This document shows positions 1 to 9,956 of a stretch of DNA of 64,000 nucleotides, in pieces. The first letter of the stretch is position 1. Every line of letters begins with the position of its first letter. This DNA is from Enterobacteria phage vB_EcoM_IME340. The notes below the pieces were generated by a model. The model did not search any database, had not been told where the DNA came from, and saw only the letters and a list, made by a program, of their open reading frames with translations. The position numbers were made by a program, and so were the translations under genes. The stretch is taken from the sequence record MH051916; one strand, 5' to 3'.

Positions 1-12
1 CCGGAGTATAAT
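1..12 (+). promoter_or_regulatory. partial early-type promoter, -10 element at window edge
   Basis: ccggagTATAAT at 1-12, same motif as 62091-62101 upstream of gene 39; -35 would lie outside the window. Confidence 0.3.
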
Positions 13-54
13 ACTTTCATGGATTTTAAATCTTAATTAACCTAAGGAAATACT

Positions 55-648
55 ATGAACACACTGAAGAAAATTGTTGAGTTTATTCGCACTAAACTTG
101 GTTCTGCTATGGCTAAAAATCTATCTGTTGAAGAACAGTATACTGCCGCAGCAGCAAAACTGCTTGATAAAATTAAAGACCTAAAAACTGCTTCTGTTAA
201 ATCTATTAATGAAGAAAAACGTATTCGTGAACTTATTGTTGAAAAGAATAAACAGGCTGAATCAAAAGAGCGTGAAATTCGCAAGCTTCTTTCCGAAGGT
301 CAAGATGTAACAATGCATGCTAAACTCGGTTTGCTATATCGTCGAACAGCTGAACAGCTGACTACTAAAGCTGATGGTTATGCTGAAATGCGAATTGAAA
401 TCGCTAAGAAAGTAGTTGAGTTAGATGATGCTCGCCAAGAACTTGCAGTTAAATTGGAATATATCCGTGAAACTCGTGCAGCAAATGCCCTTGGAATTAG
501 TACTGCTGATGATGTAGTTGAAATTGCAGCACTGACTAAGGTTGATATTGAAGATACTCTTGCTCGAGTTGAAACCTTTAATGGTAATATTTCTGGGGTT
601 GAAACTACCTCTGCCGATGTTCAGGAATATATTAATTCTCTGAAATAA
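55..648 (+). CDS. hypothetical coiled-coil protein (197 aa)
   Basis: ORF-track CDS with ATG start; heptad-rich charged sequence; followed by GGGGCTTCGGCCCC hairpin. Confidence 0.6.
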
Positions 649-654
649 TGATAA

Positions 655-668
655 GGGGCTTCGGCCCC
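655..668 (+). terminator. UUCG-tetraloop hairpin (mRNA 3' stabiliser or weak terminator)
   Basis: GGGGC-TTCG-GCCCC perfect stem-loop directly after stop at 648; no clear U-tract. Confidence 0.4.
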
Positions 669-689
669 TATTACTTGGAGTAAATAGGA

Positions 690-1298
690 ATGAAAATGCA
701 AAGTGATTTCAATTCAATGTTTGAAGAGTTCCAAAGACAGATTGATGTTCCAGACCAATTACTACATGCTCTTAAACGCATGGCAGAAGGACGTAATTAT
801 TATTGGGGTTCTTCATATGAAACTGATGAAAGTCTTTCTGGAAGATTTTCTAGAGGTAAAAAGTCTTTAATACGTCCTGGAATACTTATTAACAGTATTG
901 AATCAATTCATTCATTGACATGTGATTTTGATGTTGAATTTACTGATTTTGTTTCTCCTGAATGGACGGTCTGTTATTTAAACGACGATTTTGATTATCT
1001 TGGTGTTTATAGTTTAAGTGACGCATGGTTTAAACGTAATTTACAAAAGTCAAATTTATTCTATATTGATACTACAGTAAAATTTCAGGGAAAGAAATAT
1101 TTCTTTACTCTTATAGTTGATTCTGAAACGAAGCATGAAAATAAACGTATTCTTAGTAAAAGAAATATCTTGAATATTGTTGATGATCTTTTTGATAAAT
1201 TAGTGGAAAATCCTAATTTTGAAAGTGATTTATTACTAGAAAAATTTGTGAAGGAATGCAGAGAATATGTCAAAGCCATCAATGTATCTTCCAAGTAA
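690..1298 (+). CDS. hypothetical protein (202 aa)
   Basis: ORF-track CDS; GGAG 9 nt upstream of ATG. Confidence 0.55.
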   Translation: MKMQSDFNSMFEEFQRQIDVPDQLLHALKRMAEGRNYYWGSSYETDESLSGRFSRGKKSLIRPGILINSIESIHSLTCDFDVEFTDFVSPEWTVCYLNDDFDYLGVYSLSDAWFKRNLQKSNLFYIDTTVKFQGKKYFFTLIVDSETKHENKRILSKRNILNIVDDLFDKLVENPNFESDLLLEKFVKECREYVKAINVSSK

Positions 1299-1659
1299 AC
1301 CGTTGAAGTATGAATTAAAGCGCCAGCTAATTTCTACTGATGTATTAATAGGTCCTGTTATACTTATATCATTTGTAATTCTATTGATTATTGGAGGTGT
1401 TTTAGATGTTATGACTGATATTGATTCTGGCGAAATACTTGTGTTAATGCTAATTCTTCCATTGGTAGTTCCACTTTTATTAGTACCCGTAAATTGGGTA
1501 GGATACTGGTATCAAGGAAGACATTATCGTAAACGCGTACGTGATTGGAAAGCACAGTGTAAAAAGATTAAAAAGGAACATCAGCTTAAACTTGCTGCGT
1601 ATGAATTTGATGAAATTATGAAATTTGTTAAGGAATCACGATGCAAAAGCCAAAACTAA
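1267..1659 (+). CDS. predicted membrane protein (130 aa)
   Basis: ORF-track CDS; two long hydrophobic segments; overlaps upstream gene by 32 nt. Confidence 0.5.
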   Translation: MSKPSMYLPSKPLKYELKRQLISTDVLIGPVILISFVILLIIGGVLDVMTDIDSGEILVLMLILPLVVPLLLVPVNWVGYWYQGRHYRKRVRDWKAQCKKIKKEHQLKLAAYEFDEIMKFVKESRCKSQN

Positions 1660-1999
1660 ATAAAGTCAAATATTCGTTTCCTGAGTCATTTTTAATTTTT
1701 GCTGTGGCGTTGGCTGCAGCTCTTGCGGGTAGTCTTTTTGGATTGTTAATTGACTGTCTTATTTTAAACATCGACGGCACAGTAAATATAACAGAAGTTT
1801 GGAGTGAACTTCGCTATACTAAAATTATTTCATTATTTTCATTCTTTGGTACCATGTTATATTTTCATTATGATAATTTTAAAATAAATTGGCAAAGAAA
1901 AAAAGATTACAAAATACAATTAAAAGAATATAATAGCTACATGTCTTATATTGAAAATGAATCAATGAAAGAGTTTGTGAGTGATTGCAGGAAATTAAA

Positions 2000-2003
<4 letters not shown>
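1641..2003 (+). CDS. predicted membrane protein (120 aa)
   Basis: ORF-track CDS; hydrophobic N-terminal segments; ATGA overlap with nudE start. Confidence 0.5.
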
Positions 2004-3246
<1,243 letters not shown>

Positions 3247-3247
3247 T

Positions 3248-3277
3248 GTTTACTTCCTCCAAGGACTTTGATACTAT
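3248..3277 (+). promoter_or_regulatory. early promoter (GTTTAC-N18-TACTAT)
   Basis: GTTTAC at 3248-3253 and TACTAT 18 nt downstream, upstream of denV. Confidence 0.5.
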
Positions 3278-3304
3278 ACATTCATCAACTACTTGGAGGA
3301 AATT

Positions 3305-3718
3305 ATGACTCGTATCAATTTAACACTTGTTTCTGAACTGACCGACCAACATCTTATGGCTGAGTATCGTGAATTACCACGCGTATTTGGTGCAGTCCGT
3401 AAACATGTTCAAAACGGTAAACGTGTAAAGGATTTTAAAATCTCTCCAACATTTATCTTAGGCACAGGTCACGTAACATTCTTTTATGACAAACTCGAAT
3501 TTTTACGTTTACGTCAAATCGAGCTAATCGCTGAATGCTTGAAACGTGGTTTCAAAATCAAGGACACGACTGTCCAGGATATTTCCGACATCCCTGTCGA
3601 ATTTCGTAATAATTATGTCCCGTCCGAAGCGTCCATTGCGATAAGTCAAGCTCGCTTAGATGAAAAAATTGCTCAACGCCCTACTTGGTACAAATACTAT
3701 GGTAAATCAATTTACTAA
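3305..3718 (+). CDS. denV: endonuclease V, pyrimidine-dimer DNA glycosylase
   Basis: [31 protein letters not shown]... matches T4 DenV as recalled; start moved to ATG after GGAGG. Confidence 0.95.
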   Translation: MTRINLTLVSELTDQHLMAEYRELPRVFGAVRKHVQNGKRVKDFKISPTFILGTGHVTFFYDKLEFLRLRQIELIAECLKRGFKIKDTTVQDISDIPVEFRNNYVPSEASIAISQARLDEKIAQRPTWYKYYGKSIY

Positions 3719-3724
3719 GGAAAA

Positions 3725-3985
3725 ATGAAAATGTATCAAGAATTTATCGCTGAAGCAGATGCCAAAGGCCCCAAATTTAAAGTTAAAGCTTTCGTTGGTG
3801 ATGCCGAAGATTTTGGCTCATTAAAACGTAATGGGTATTTTTTCTTAGGTGGTGATGGTAAAGAAATCAACACCTATGCAAAACGTAGTGAAATTGCTTA
3901 TGTTGCTGCAAGTCCTAAAGTAGATGTTGACGATATTGGATACGATTTTAACAACTTCGGAATTATTTCTGGCGGTGAAGCTTAA
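3725..3985 (+). CDS. internal-protein-like head protein with CTS (86 aa)
   Basis: N-terminus MKMYQEFIAEA = IP capsid-targeting sequence. Confidence 0.7.
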   Translation: MKMYQEFIAEADAKGPKFKVKAFVGDAEDFGSLKRNGYFFLGGDGKEINTYAKRSEIAYVAASPKVDVDDIGYDFNNFGIISGGEA

Positions 3986-3988
3986 ACG

Positions 3989-4018
3989 GTTTACGCTTAA
4001 GTATTAATATGGTATAAT
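3989..4018 (+). promoter_or_regulatory. early promoter
   Basis: GTTTAC 3989-3994, TATAAT 4013-4018, 18-nt spacer. Confidence 0.6.
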
Positions 4019-4048
4019 TACTCTATCAAAACAAACAAGGAAACAAAA

Positions 4049-4363
4049 ATGAAAACATATAAAGAATTTATTGCAGAATCCGCCAACCAACGCGTTGAAG
4101 GTGGTTATATTTGGATTGAACAAGTTGAGCCACCGAGCCGCACTTCTACAGGTAAATGGAAAATTACTGTTGATGGTCCTGGTGGTAAACGTAGGACTCT
4201 TAAAGAAATTAATGGGTACTATGAAGAAGCTCTTTCGGATGCAGGAACTTACATGATGCAAATCATGATTAAAAACCCTGAAAACCGTTTTGCAGCTAAA
4301 GTCTTCCGACGCATCGGTAATAAACTTTATGACGCATACTCTAAAAACTTCCCTAAAGAATAA
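4049..4363 (+). CDS. internal-protein-like head protein with CTS (104 aa), IPII-like by size
   Basis: N-terminus MKTYKEFIAES; basic small protein. Confidence 0.7.
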   Translation: MKTYKEFIAESANQRVEGGYIWIEQVEPPSRTSTGKWKITVDGPGGKRRTLKEINGYYEEALSDAGTYMMQIMIKNPENRFAAKVFRRIGNKLYDAYSKNFPKE

Positions 4364-4389
4364 CATGAATTAAAACAATAGGAACAAAA

Positions 4390-4968
4390 ATGAAAACGTA
4401 TCAAGAATTTATTGCTGAAGCTTCTGTAGTAAAGGCCAAAGGCATTAATAAGGACGAGTGGAACTATCGTGGTGGAAACGGCTTTGACCCTAAAACAGCC
4501 CCTATTGAACGATACTTAGCTACAAAAGCTTCCGATTTTAAAGCTTTCGCTTGGGAAGGACTTCGCTGGCGTACCGATTTAAATATTGAAGTTGACGGAC
4601 TTAAATTTGCTCATATTGAAGATGTTGTTGCTAGTAACTTAGACGCAGCTTTTGTTAAAGCCGACAGTGATCTTCGTCGCTGGAATTTAAAACTGTTCTC
4701 TAAACAAAAAGGCCCGAAGTTTGTGCCTAAAGCCGGTAAATGGGTCATTGATAATAAATTAGCTAAGGCTGTCAACTACGCTGGTCTTGAATTCGCCAAG
4801 CACAAATCATCATGGAAAGGTCTTGATGCAATGGCTTTCCGTAAAGAATTTGCCGATGTTATGGCTAAAGGCGGCTTTAAGGCAGAAATAGATACCTCTA
4901 AAGGTACGTTTAAGGACGCTAATGTTCAGTACGCTTACGCCGTTGCTAATGCAGCCCGTGGTAATTAA
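4390..4968 (+). CDS. ipIII: internal protein III
   Basis: 192 aa; MKTYQEFIAEASVVKAKGINKDEW... matches T4 IPIII as recalled. Confidence 0.9.
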   Translation: MKTYQEFIAEASVVKAKGINKDEWNYRGGNGFDPKTAPIERYLATKASDFKAFAWEGLRWRTDLNIEVDGLKFAHIEDVVASNLDAAFVKADSDLRRWNLKLFSKQKGPKFVPKAGKWVIDNKLAKAVNYAGLEFAKHKSSWKGLDAMAFRKEFADVMAKGGFKAEIDTSKGTFKDANVQYAYAVANAARGN

Positions 4969-5097
4969 TAAGGCCGATACTTAGGCCTATTTACATTCAA
5001 ATAACATGGGAACAACCTGGACCTCATGATTCTATGAGGGATTCCCGCCAACCTGTAATAAGGTCGAGCCCAAGTGCGGTAATGGGTAAATACAGAA

Positions 5098-5688
5098 ATG
5101 GACAATTCACGCGCCATGGAATGGCCCAAATTTAGAGAGAATAAAATGAGAACATTTTTAACTGGTCCTTATCTATCCCTGATGAATGCTTTTACACACC
5201 ATTCTGATGCTAGAGTAGAAGAAATTTGTAATAGTGGATTTTATGTACCTGATTCGCCACATTTATTTAAAGAATACTGCACACTTCGATTAGATGGTGG
5301 ACGTCAATCCGGTAAATCAACTGCAGTAACTAATTTTGCCGCTAATTGGTTGTATGACGGTGGAACAGTTATTGTTCTTTCTAATACTTCAGCTTACGCT
5401 AAAATTTCTGCGGGCCACATTAAAAAAGAATTTTCACGCTATTCTAATGATGATATTCGATTCCGTTTATTTACTGATTCTGTCCGTAGTTTTGTTGGTA
5501 ATAGAGGTAGCAAGTTCAGAGGTTTATCGCTTTCGCGGATTTTGTATATAATCGATGAGCCTGTTAAATCTCCTGATATGGATAAAATTTACGATATTCA
5601 TATTGAAACTGTGCAATACTGCTGCAATAGTAAATGTTGCATTGGTGGTATTACTCGTCCACAGTTTTTCGTAATTGGAATGCAATGA
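5098..5688 (+). CDS. P-loop NTPase-like protein (196 aa)
   Basis: Walker A GGRQSGKST and Walker B-like ILYIIDEP; weak SD, start may be ATG at 5146. Confidence 0.55.
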   Translation: MDNSRAMEWPKFRENKMRTFLTGPYLSLMNAFTHHSDARVEEICNSGFYVPDSPHLFKEYCTLRLDGGRQSGKSTAVTNFAANWLYDGGTVIVLSNTSAYAKISAGHIKKEFSRYSNDDIRFRLFTDSVRSFVGNRGSKFRGLSLSRILYIIDEPVKSPDMDKIYDIHIETVQYCCNSKCCIGGITRPQFFVIGMQ

Positions 5689-6014
5689 TGACAGATACGC
5701 AACTTTTCGAATATCTTTATTTTTCGCCAAAAACTATTAAAAATAAATTGGTGAATCATTTTGAAATTTTGGCAAATAACAACGTCTTGAGCGAATTTTA
5801 TCCTAAGCAATACAAATTACAAAAAGGCGTATTCAAAGGATGCAGAGTTTTGTGTACTGCTCCTAATGCAAGATTAATGAATAAAATTCCATATTTTACC
5901 ATGGAATTTATTGATGGACCTTTTAAAGGACTAATCACCCAAAGTTTAATGGCATATGATTCTGAGCCATTTTTAATTAAAGAACAATCTTGGATAAATT
6001 TATTTTCTAATTGA
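5685..6014 (+). CDS. hypothetical protein (109 aa)
   Basis: ORF-track frame; start set to ATG in ATGA overlap with upstream stop. Confidence 0.5.
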   Translation: MMTDTQLFEYLYFSPKTIKNKLVNHFEILANNNVLSEFYPKQYKLQKGVFKGCRVLCTAPNARLMNKIPYFTMEFIDGPFKGLITQSLMAYDSEPFLIKEQSWINLFSN

Positions 6015-6020
6015 GGTTAT

Positions 6021-6383
6021 ATGAAAGCATATCAAATTCTTGAAGGCACGCATAAAGGTACTATTTATTTTGAAGATGGTATTCAAGCACGAATTATTGT
6101 CTCTAAAACTTTTAAAGATGACTCTTTTGTAGACCCAGAAATTTTCTATGGTTTGCATGCCCGTGAAATTGAAATTGAAACACAACCTACAGTTAAAATT
6201 GAAGGTGGTCAACACCTGAACGTTAACGTTCTGCGTCGTGAAACTCTGGAAGATGCAGTTAAGCATCCGGAAAAATATCCGCAGCTGACCATCCGTGTAT
6301 CCGGATATGCAGTTCGCTTTAACTCTCTGACTCCGGAACAGCAACGCGACGTTATTGCTCGTACCTTTACTGAGAGTTTGTAA
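6021..6383 (+). CDS. autonomous glycyl-radical cofactor (GrcA/YfiD-like spare part protein)
   Basis: C-terminal ~64 aa [59 protein letters not shown] carry the RVSGY glycyl-radical motif and match E. coli GrcA as recalled. Confidence 0.85.
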   Translation: MKAYQILEGTHKGTIYFEDGIQARIIVSKTFKDDSFVDPEIFYGLHAREIEIETQPTVKIEGGQHLNVNVLRRETLEDAVKHPEKYPQLTIRVSGYAVRFNSLTPEQQRDVIARTFTESL

Positions 6384-6604
6384 TGGCAAAGATAATTATT
6401 GAAGGTTCTGAAGATGTGCTAAATGCTTTCGCCGAGTGGTTTAGTAATTCAGGCGAACAGCAATTTAATGAAGCGTGGAACATGGGTGATATTAGTGGAA
6501 TTTATCCTACGACAGAAATTTCTGTTCAAGGATATGGAATTCATGAACCTATTCGTTTAGTTGAATATGATTTGGGAACAGGTGAGGAAGTAAAATATGA
6601 TTGA
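6383..6604 (+). CDS. hypothetical protein (73 aa)
   Basis: ORF-track CDS; start overlaps upstream stop. Confidence 0.5.
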   Translation: MAKIIIEGSEDVLNAFAEWFSNSGEQQFNEAWNMGDISGIYPTTEISVQGYGIHEPIRLVEYDLGTGEEVKYD

Positions 6605-6863
6605 AGACATTAAAGGTTATAAGCCACATACTGACGATAAAATCAGTAAAGTGAATGCTATCAAAGACGCTGAAGTTCGTTTAGGACTTATCTTTGATGC
6701 TTTATACGATGAATTCTGGGAAGCACTAGATAATTGTGAAGACTGTGAATTCGCGAAGAATTATGCTGAAAGCCTCGATCAGTTAACTATTGCTAAAACG
6801 AAACTCAAAGAAGCCAGTATGTGGGCTTGTCGTGCTGTGTTCCAACCAGAGGAAAAATATTAA
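6597..6863 (+). CDS. hypothetical protein (88 aa)
   Basis: ORF-track CDS in tight gene array. Confidence 0.5.
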   Translation: MIEDIKGYKPHTDDKISKVNAIKDAEVRLGLIFDALYDEFWEALDNCEDCEFAKNYAESLDQLTIAKTKLKEASMWACRAVFQPEEKY

Positions 6864-7141
6864 TGGCTCAATTAAGCGCAGGGTTTGGTTATGAGTATTA
6901 TACTGCCCCTCGTCGTGTATCTGTTGCTCCTAAGAAAATTCAAAGTCTTGATGACTTCCAGGAAGTAGTTCGTAAAGCTTTCCAGGACTATGCGAGTTAT
7001 CTTAAAGAAGATTCACAGGACTGTCTCGAAGAAGATGAAATTGCTTACTATGAGCAGCGTCTTGAACAGCTCAAAAACCTACATGAGGTTCGTGCAGAAG
7101 TTACAAAGTCTATGAATAAATTGATTAGATTTAAAGAATAA
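6863..7141 (+). CDS. hypothetical protein (92 aa)
   Basis: start set to ATG overlapping upstream stop (TAATG). Confidence 0.5.
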   Translation: MAQLSAGFGYEYYTAPRRVSVAPKKIQSLDDFQEVVRKAFQDYASYLKEDSQDCLEEDEIAYYEQRLEQLKNLHEVRAEVTKSMNKLIRFKE

Positions 7142-7143
7142 CT

Positions 7144-7173
7144 GTTTACTTTTCCTCTTGACTGTGGTATAAT
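7144..7173 (+). promoter_or_regulatory. early promoter upstream of regB
   Basis: GTTTAC 7144-7149, TATAAT 7168-7173. Confidence 0.6.
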
Positions 7174-7200
7174 TTTTCTATCAGTTAAGAGGAGAATAAC

Positions 7201-7662
7201 ATGACTATCAACACAGAAGTTTTTATCCGTCGAAATAAGCTTCGTCGTCACTTTGAGTCGGAGTTTCGTCAAATTAACAATGAGATTCATGAGGCATCAA
7301 AAGCAGCAGGAGTCTCATCGTTTCATCTAAAATATTCTCAACATCTTCTTGATCGTGCAATTCAACGGGAGATTGATGAGACATATGTTTTTGAATTATT
7401 CCACAAAATAAAAGACCATGTTTTAGAAGTTAATGAATTCCTGAGTATGCCTCCGCGTCCTGACATTGATGAGGATTTTATTGATGGAGTTGAATATCGC
7501 CCTGGACGTTTAGAAATTACAGATGGAAATCTTTGGCTTGGATTTACGGTTTGTAAGCCTAATGAGAAGTTCAAAAACCCGTCACTTCAATGCAGGATGG
7601 CAATTATCAACAGTCGTCGTTTACCAGGAAAGGCTTCTAAAGCAGTAATTAAAACTCAATGA
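7201..7662 (+). CDS. regB: RegB sequence-specific endoribonuclease
   Basis: 153 aa; MTINTEVFIRRNKLRRHFESEFRQINNEI... matches T4 RegB as recalled. Confidence 0.93.
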   Translation: MTINTEVFIRRNKLRRHFESEFRQINNEIHEASKAAGVSSFHLKYSQHLLDRAIQREIDETYVFELFHKIKDHVLEVNEFLSMPPRPDIDEDFIDGVEYRPGRLEITDGNLWLGFTVCKPNEKFKNPSLQCRMAIINSRRLPGKASKAVIKTQ

Positions 7663-7669
7663 GGTAAGC

Positions 7670-8215
7670 ATGAGAAAAGCACTACTCGCTGGTCTATTGG
7701 CCATTTCAATGATGGCACATAGCTCCGAGCATACTTTCAGTAATGTCCAACTCGATAACATGCGTTACGCATATCAATTCGGGGAACAATTTTCTAAGGA
7801 TGGAAAATATAAAACACACAAAAATATCCACAAGAGTGGATTAGGTCATATAATGGCTGCTATTTTATGGCAAGAAAGCTCTGCCGGAGTTAATTTAAAA
7901 TCTAAACCAAAGCATCATGCCTATGGAATGTTCCAAAATTATTTGCCGACCATGCGAGCAAGAGTTAAGGAACTTGGTTATAATATGACCGATGCTGAAA
8001 TAAAAAGAATGTTGAATAAACGGTCCAATTCAGCTTCCTGGGCGTACATTGAACTTTCTTATTGGTTAAATATACATAAGGGCGATATAAGAAAGGCAAT
8101 ATCCTCTTATAATTCGGGATGGAATGTTAAAGCAGGTTCTAAATATGCTTCTGAAGTCCTAGAAAAGGCTAACTACCTTAAAAATAATAAACTGTTGGAA
8201 ATAGTAAATGACTAA
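7670..8215 (+). CDS. secreted lytic-transglycosylase-like protein (181 aa)
   Basis: N-terminal signal peptide; SLT-type motifs WQESSAG, GMFQ, YNSG. Confidence 0.6.
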   Translation: MRKALLAGLLAISMMAHSSEHTFSNVQLDNMRYAYQFGEQFSKDGKYKTHKNIHKSGLGHIMAAILWQESSAGVNLKSKPKHHAYGMFQNYLPTMRARVKELGYNMTDAEIKRMLNKRSNSASWAYIELSYWLNIHKGDIRKAISSYNSGWNVKAGSKYASEVLEKANYLKNNKLLEIVND

Positions 8216-8555
8216 AATTTTGGTTTTATGTATAGGATTAATTTCATTTTCTGCTTATGCGTCAGCAGATACATCATATACTGAAATTAGGGAGTATGTG
8301 AACCGCACTGCAGCGGATTATTGTGGGAAAAATAAAGCATGCCAAGCTGAATTTGCGCAGAAATTAATATATGCATATAAAGACGGAGAAAGAGATAAAT
8401 CAAGCAGATACAAAAACGATACATTATTAAAACGATATGCTAAAAAGTGGAATACCCTAGAATGTTCAGTTGCGGAGGAAAAAGATAAAGCCGCTTGTCA
8501 TTCAATGGTTGACCGTTTAGTAGATTCTTATAATCGAGGATTGAGTACTAGATGA
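8208..8555 (+). CDS. small secreted cysteine-containing protein (115 aa)
   Basis: signal peptide MTKILVLCIGLISFSAYASA; 4 Cys. Confidence 0.55.
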   Translation: MTKILVLCIGLISFSAYASADTSYTEIREYVNRTAADYCGKNKACQAEFAQKLIYAYKDGERDKSSRYKNDTLLKRYAKKWNTLECSVAEEKDKAACHSMVDRLVDSYNRGLSTR

Positions 8556-9031
8556 TTGTAAAATATATCAAGGGCGATATTGTCGCCCTCTTTCTTGAAG
8601 GTAATATTATTGCGCACGGGTGTAACTGTTTTCATACAATGGGCAGTGGTGTAGCTGGTCAATTAGCAAGAGCCTATCCCAAAATTTTAGAAATAGATAA
8701 AACCACTACTGAGTACGGTTCTCGTGATAAATTAGGCGATATGTCTATTGTTTTTAAACATAAACCTAATGGGTTTGGCATATGTTATAACTTGTATACG
8801 CAATACGAACCAGGTCCTAATCTTGATTATGGTGCTTTAGTAAACTGCATGATAGAATTAAATCTACAGGCAGAAACCCTTTTGTTTAAACCGGTAATTT
8901 ACATTCCACGCATAGGTTGTGGTATTGCTGGCGGCGATTGGGATAAGGTTTCTAAATTAATCGACATGTTTACTCCTGATATTGATTTAATAGTGGTGGA
9001 TTATGAAAGTACATTACCCACATCCGTTTGA
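8552..9031 (+). CDS. macro-domain-like protein (putative ADP-ribose binding/hydrolase)
   Basis: GDI-(x)-HGCNCFHTMGSGVAGQ glycine loop and IPRIGCGIAGGDW resemble macro-domain signature regions; motif-based only. Confidence 0.55.
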   Translation: MIVKYIKGDIVALFLEGNIIAHGCNCFHTMGSGVAGQLARAYPKILEIDKTTTEYGSRDKLGDMSIVFKHKPNGFGICYNLYTQYEPGPNLDYGALVNCMIELNLQAETLLFKPVIYIPRIGCGIAGGDWDKVSKLIDMFTPDIDLIVVDYESTLPTSV

Positions 9032-9215
9032 TCCTAAAAACAAAGCAGTAATTATTCGTCAATGGGAACGCATTTGCCGTACTAAATGTCCAATTAATAG
9101 TCCACATGATGTAGATAAAGACTACATTGGAACATTCGTTGAATATACATTTATTGATAAGAAAGGTCGTAAACAGCATGTAGAAGAATACTGCGTAAAG
9201 GTGACATGGTTATGA
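9003..9215 (+). CDS. hypothetical protein (70 aa)
   Basis: ORF-track CDS; overlaps upstream gene end. Confidence 0.4.
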   Translation: MKVHYPHPFDPKNKAVIIRQWERICRTKCPINSPHDVDKDYIGTFVEYTFIDKKGRKQHVEEYCVKVTWL

Positions 9216-9418
9216 GCCAAACTAGTATTCTTAAAAATGCCCACTGTGAAAAGTGTAAGTGGCCGGTTGTTTTTGCTTTATGTAACGATGAAATGGCTTG
9301 TGATTTCGATTATTGGTGCTATTGTTCTAATAAAGGATGCATCAATCATAAAGGTGAAGGATTTTATTCGGGATTTTATCCTTATCCAGATTTCGTTAAA
9401 GAAGGTAAACCGAAATGA
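9212..9418 (+). CDS. small Cys-rich protein (68 aa)
   Basis: 9 Cys incl. CEKCKW and CYCSNKGC; start at ATGA overlap. Confidence 0.5.
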   Translation: MSQTSILKNAHCEKCKWPVVFALCNDEMACDFDYWCYCSNKGCINHKGEGFYSGFYPYPDFVKEGKPK

Positions 9419-9588
9419 ATAGTTCTGAGTTACAATATGAAGTGTTACGTGAACTTGATAATTTAATTGAACTCGCTGTTAATAAAGGTTTTGCCATTGG
9501 AATTGGTCAAAAAGATACTGATCATTTAACTGTGGAAATATTTAAGCAAAAGCGAATTATTTTAAAACTTCTGGAAATTAATATATGA
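9415..9588 (+). CDS. hypothetical small protein (57 aa)
   Basis: ATG overlaps upstream stop; fills gap; below ORF-track size cut-off. Confidence 0.4.
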   Translation: MNSSELQYEVLRELDNLIELAVNKGFAIGIGQKDTDHLTVEIFKQKRIILKLLEINI

Positions 9589-9770
9589 GCCTAAGCAAAG
9601 AACAAAAAGACAAACTCTTTTCTCTTATCCACGAAATTATGGATAAAAATAGTGAATTGGAAAAAGTTTGTAATGAATGCGGTCCTTTTAGCGCAAATGA
9701 ATATGAAGAACTTTCCAAAGAATTTGATAATAAAGAACAAGAACTCATTGATTATATAAATTCCTTATGA
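9585..9770 (+). CDS. small helical protein, member of a ~60-aa paralogue family
   Basis: MSLSKEQKDKLFSLI...YINSL; shares N-terminal xEQxxKL and C-terminal Y-L/I-E-x-L pattern with 5 other ORFs. Confidence 0.55.
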   Translation: MSLSKEQKDKLFSLIHEIMDKNSELEKVCNECGPFSANEYEELSKEFDNKEQELIDYINSL

Positions 9771-9955
9771 TTACTCGCGAACAAAAGAACGAAATATTAT
9801 TTTTAGTTGGTGAAATTATTAGTTTAGAAAAGGATTTGTCTTTTGAAATATCTTCTGAATATGGAGATGCCGAAACATATTACGAATTAGTAAAATCTAT
9901 CGATAAAGCTGAAAATGATTTAGAAACATATTTAGAAAATTTAACTAAGGACTAA
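9767..9955 (+). CDS. small helical protein, paralogue family member
   Basis: MITREQKNEILFLV...TYLENL. Confidence 0.55.
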   Translation: MITREQKNEILFLVGEIISLEKDLSFEISSEYGDAETYYELVKSIDKAENDLETYLENLTKD

Positions 9956-9956
9956 G

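Noticed and set aside
4969-5097. Possible tRNA in the GC-rich intergenic segment
   Set aside because: No T-loop (GGTTCGAATCC-like) or cloverleaf arrangement could be drawn; the T4 tRNA cluster would lie upstream of this window.
6000-6389. 129-aa minus-strand ORF antisense to the GrcA-like gene
   Set aside because: Fully overlaps a + strand gene with strong homology; antisense artefact.
7670-8555. Naming 7670-8215 and 8208-8555 as vs.1 and vs
   Set aside because: Assignment would rest only on position after regB; both proteins have signal peptides, which is unexpected for a cytoplasmic tRNA-synthetase modifier, so symbols were left blank.
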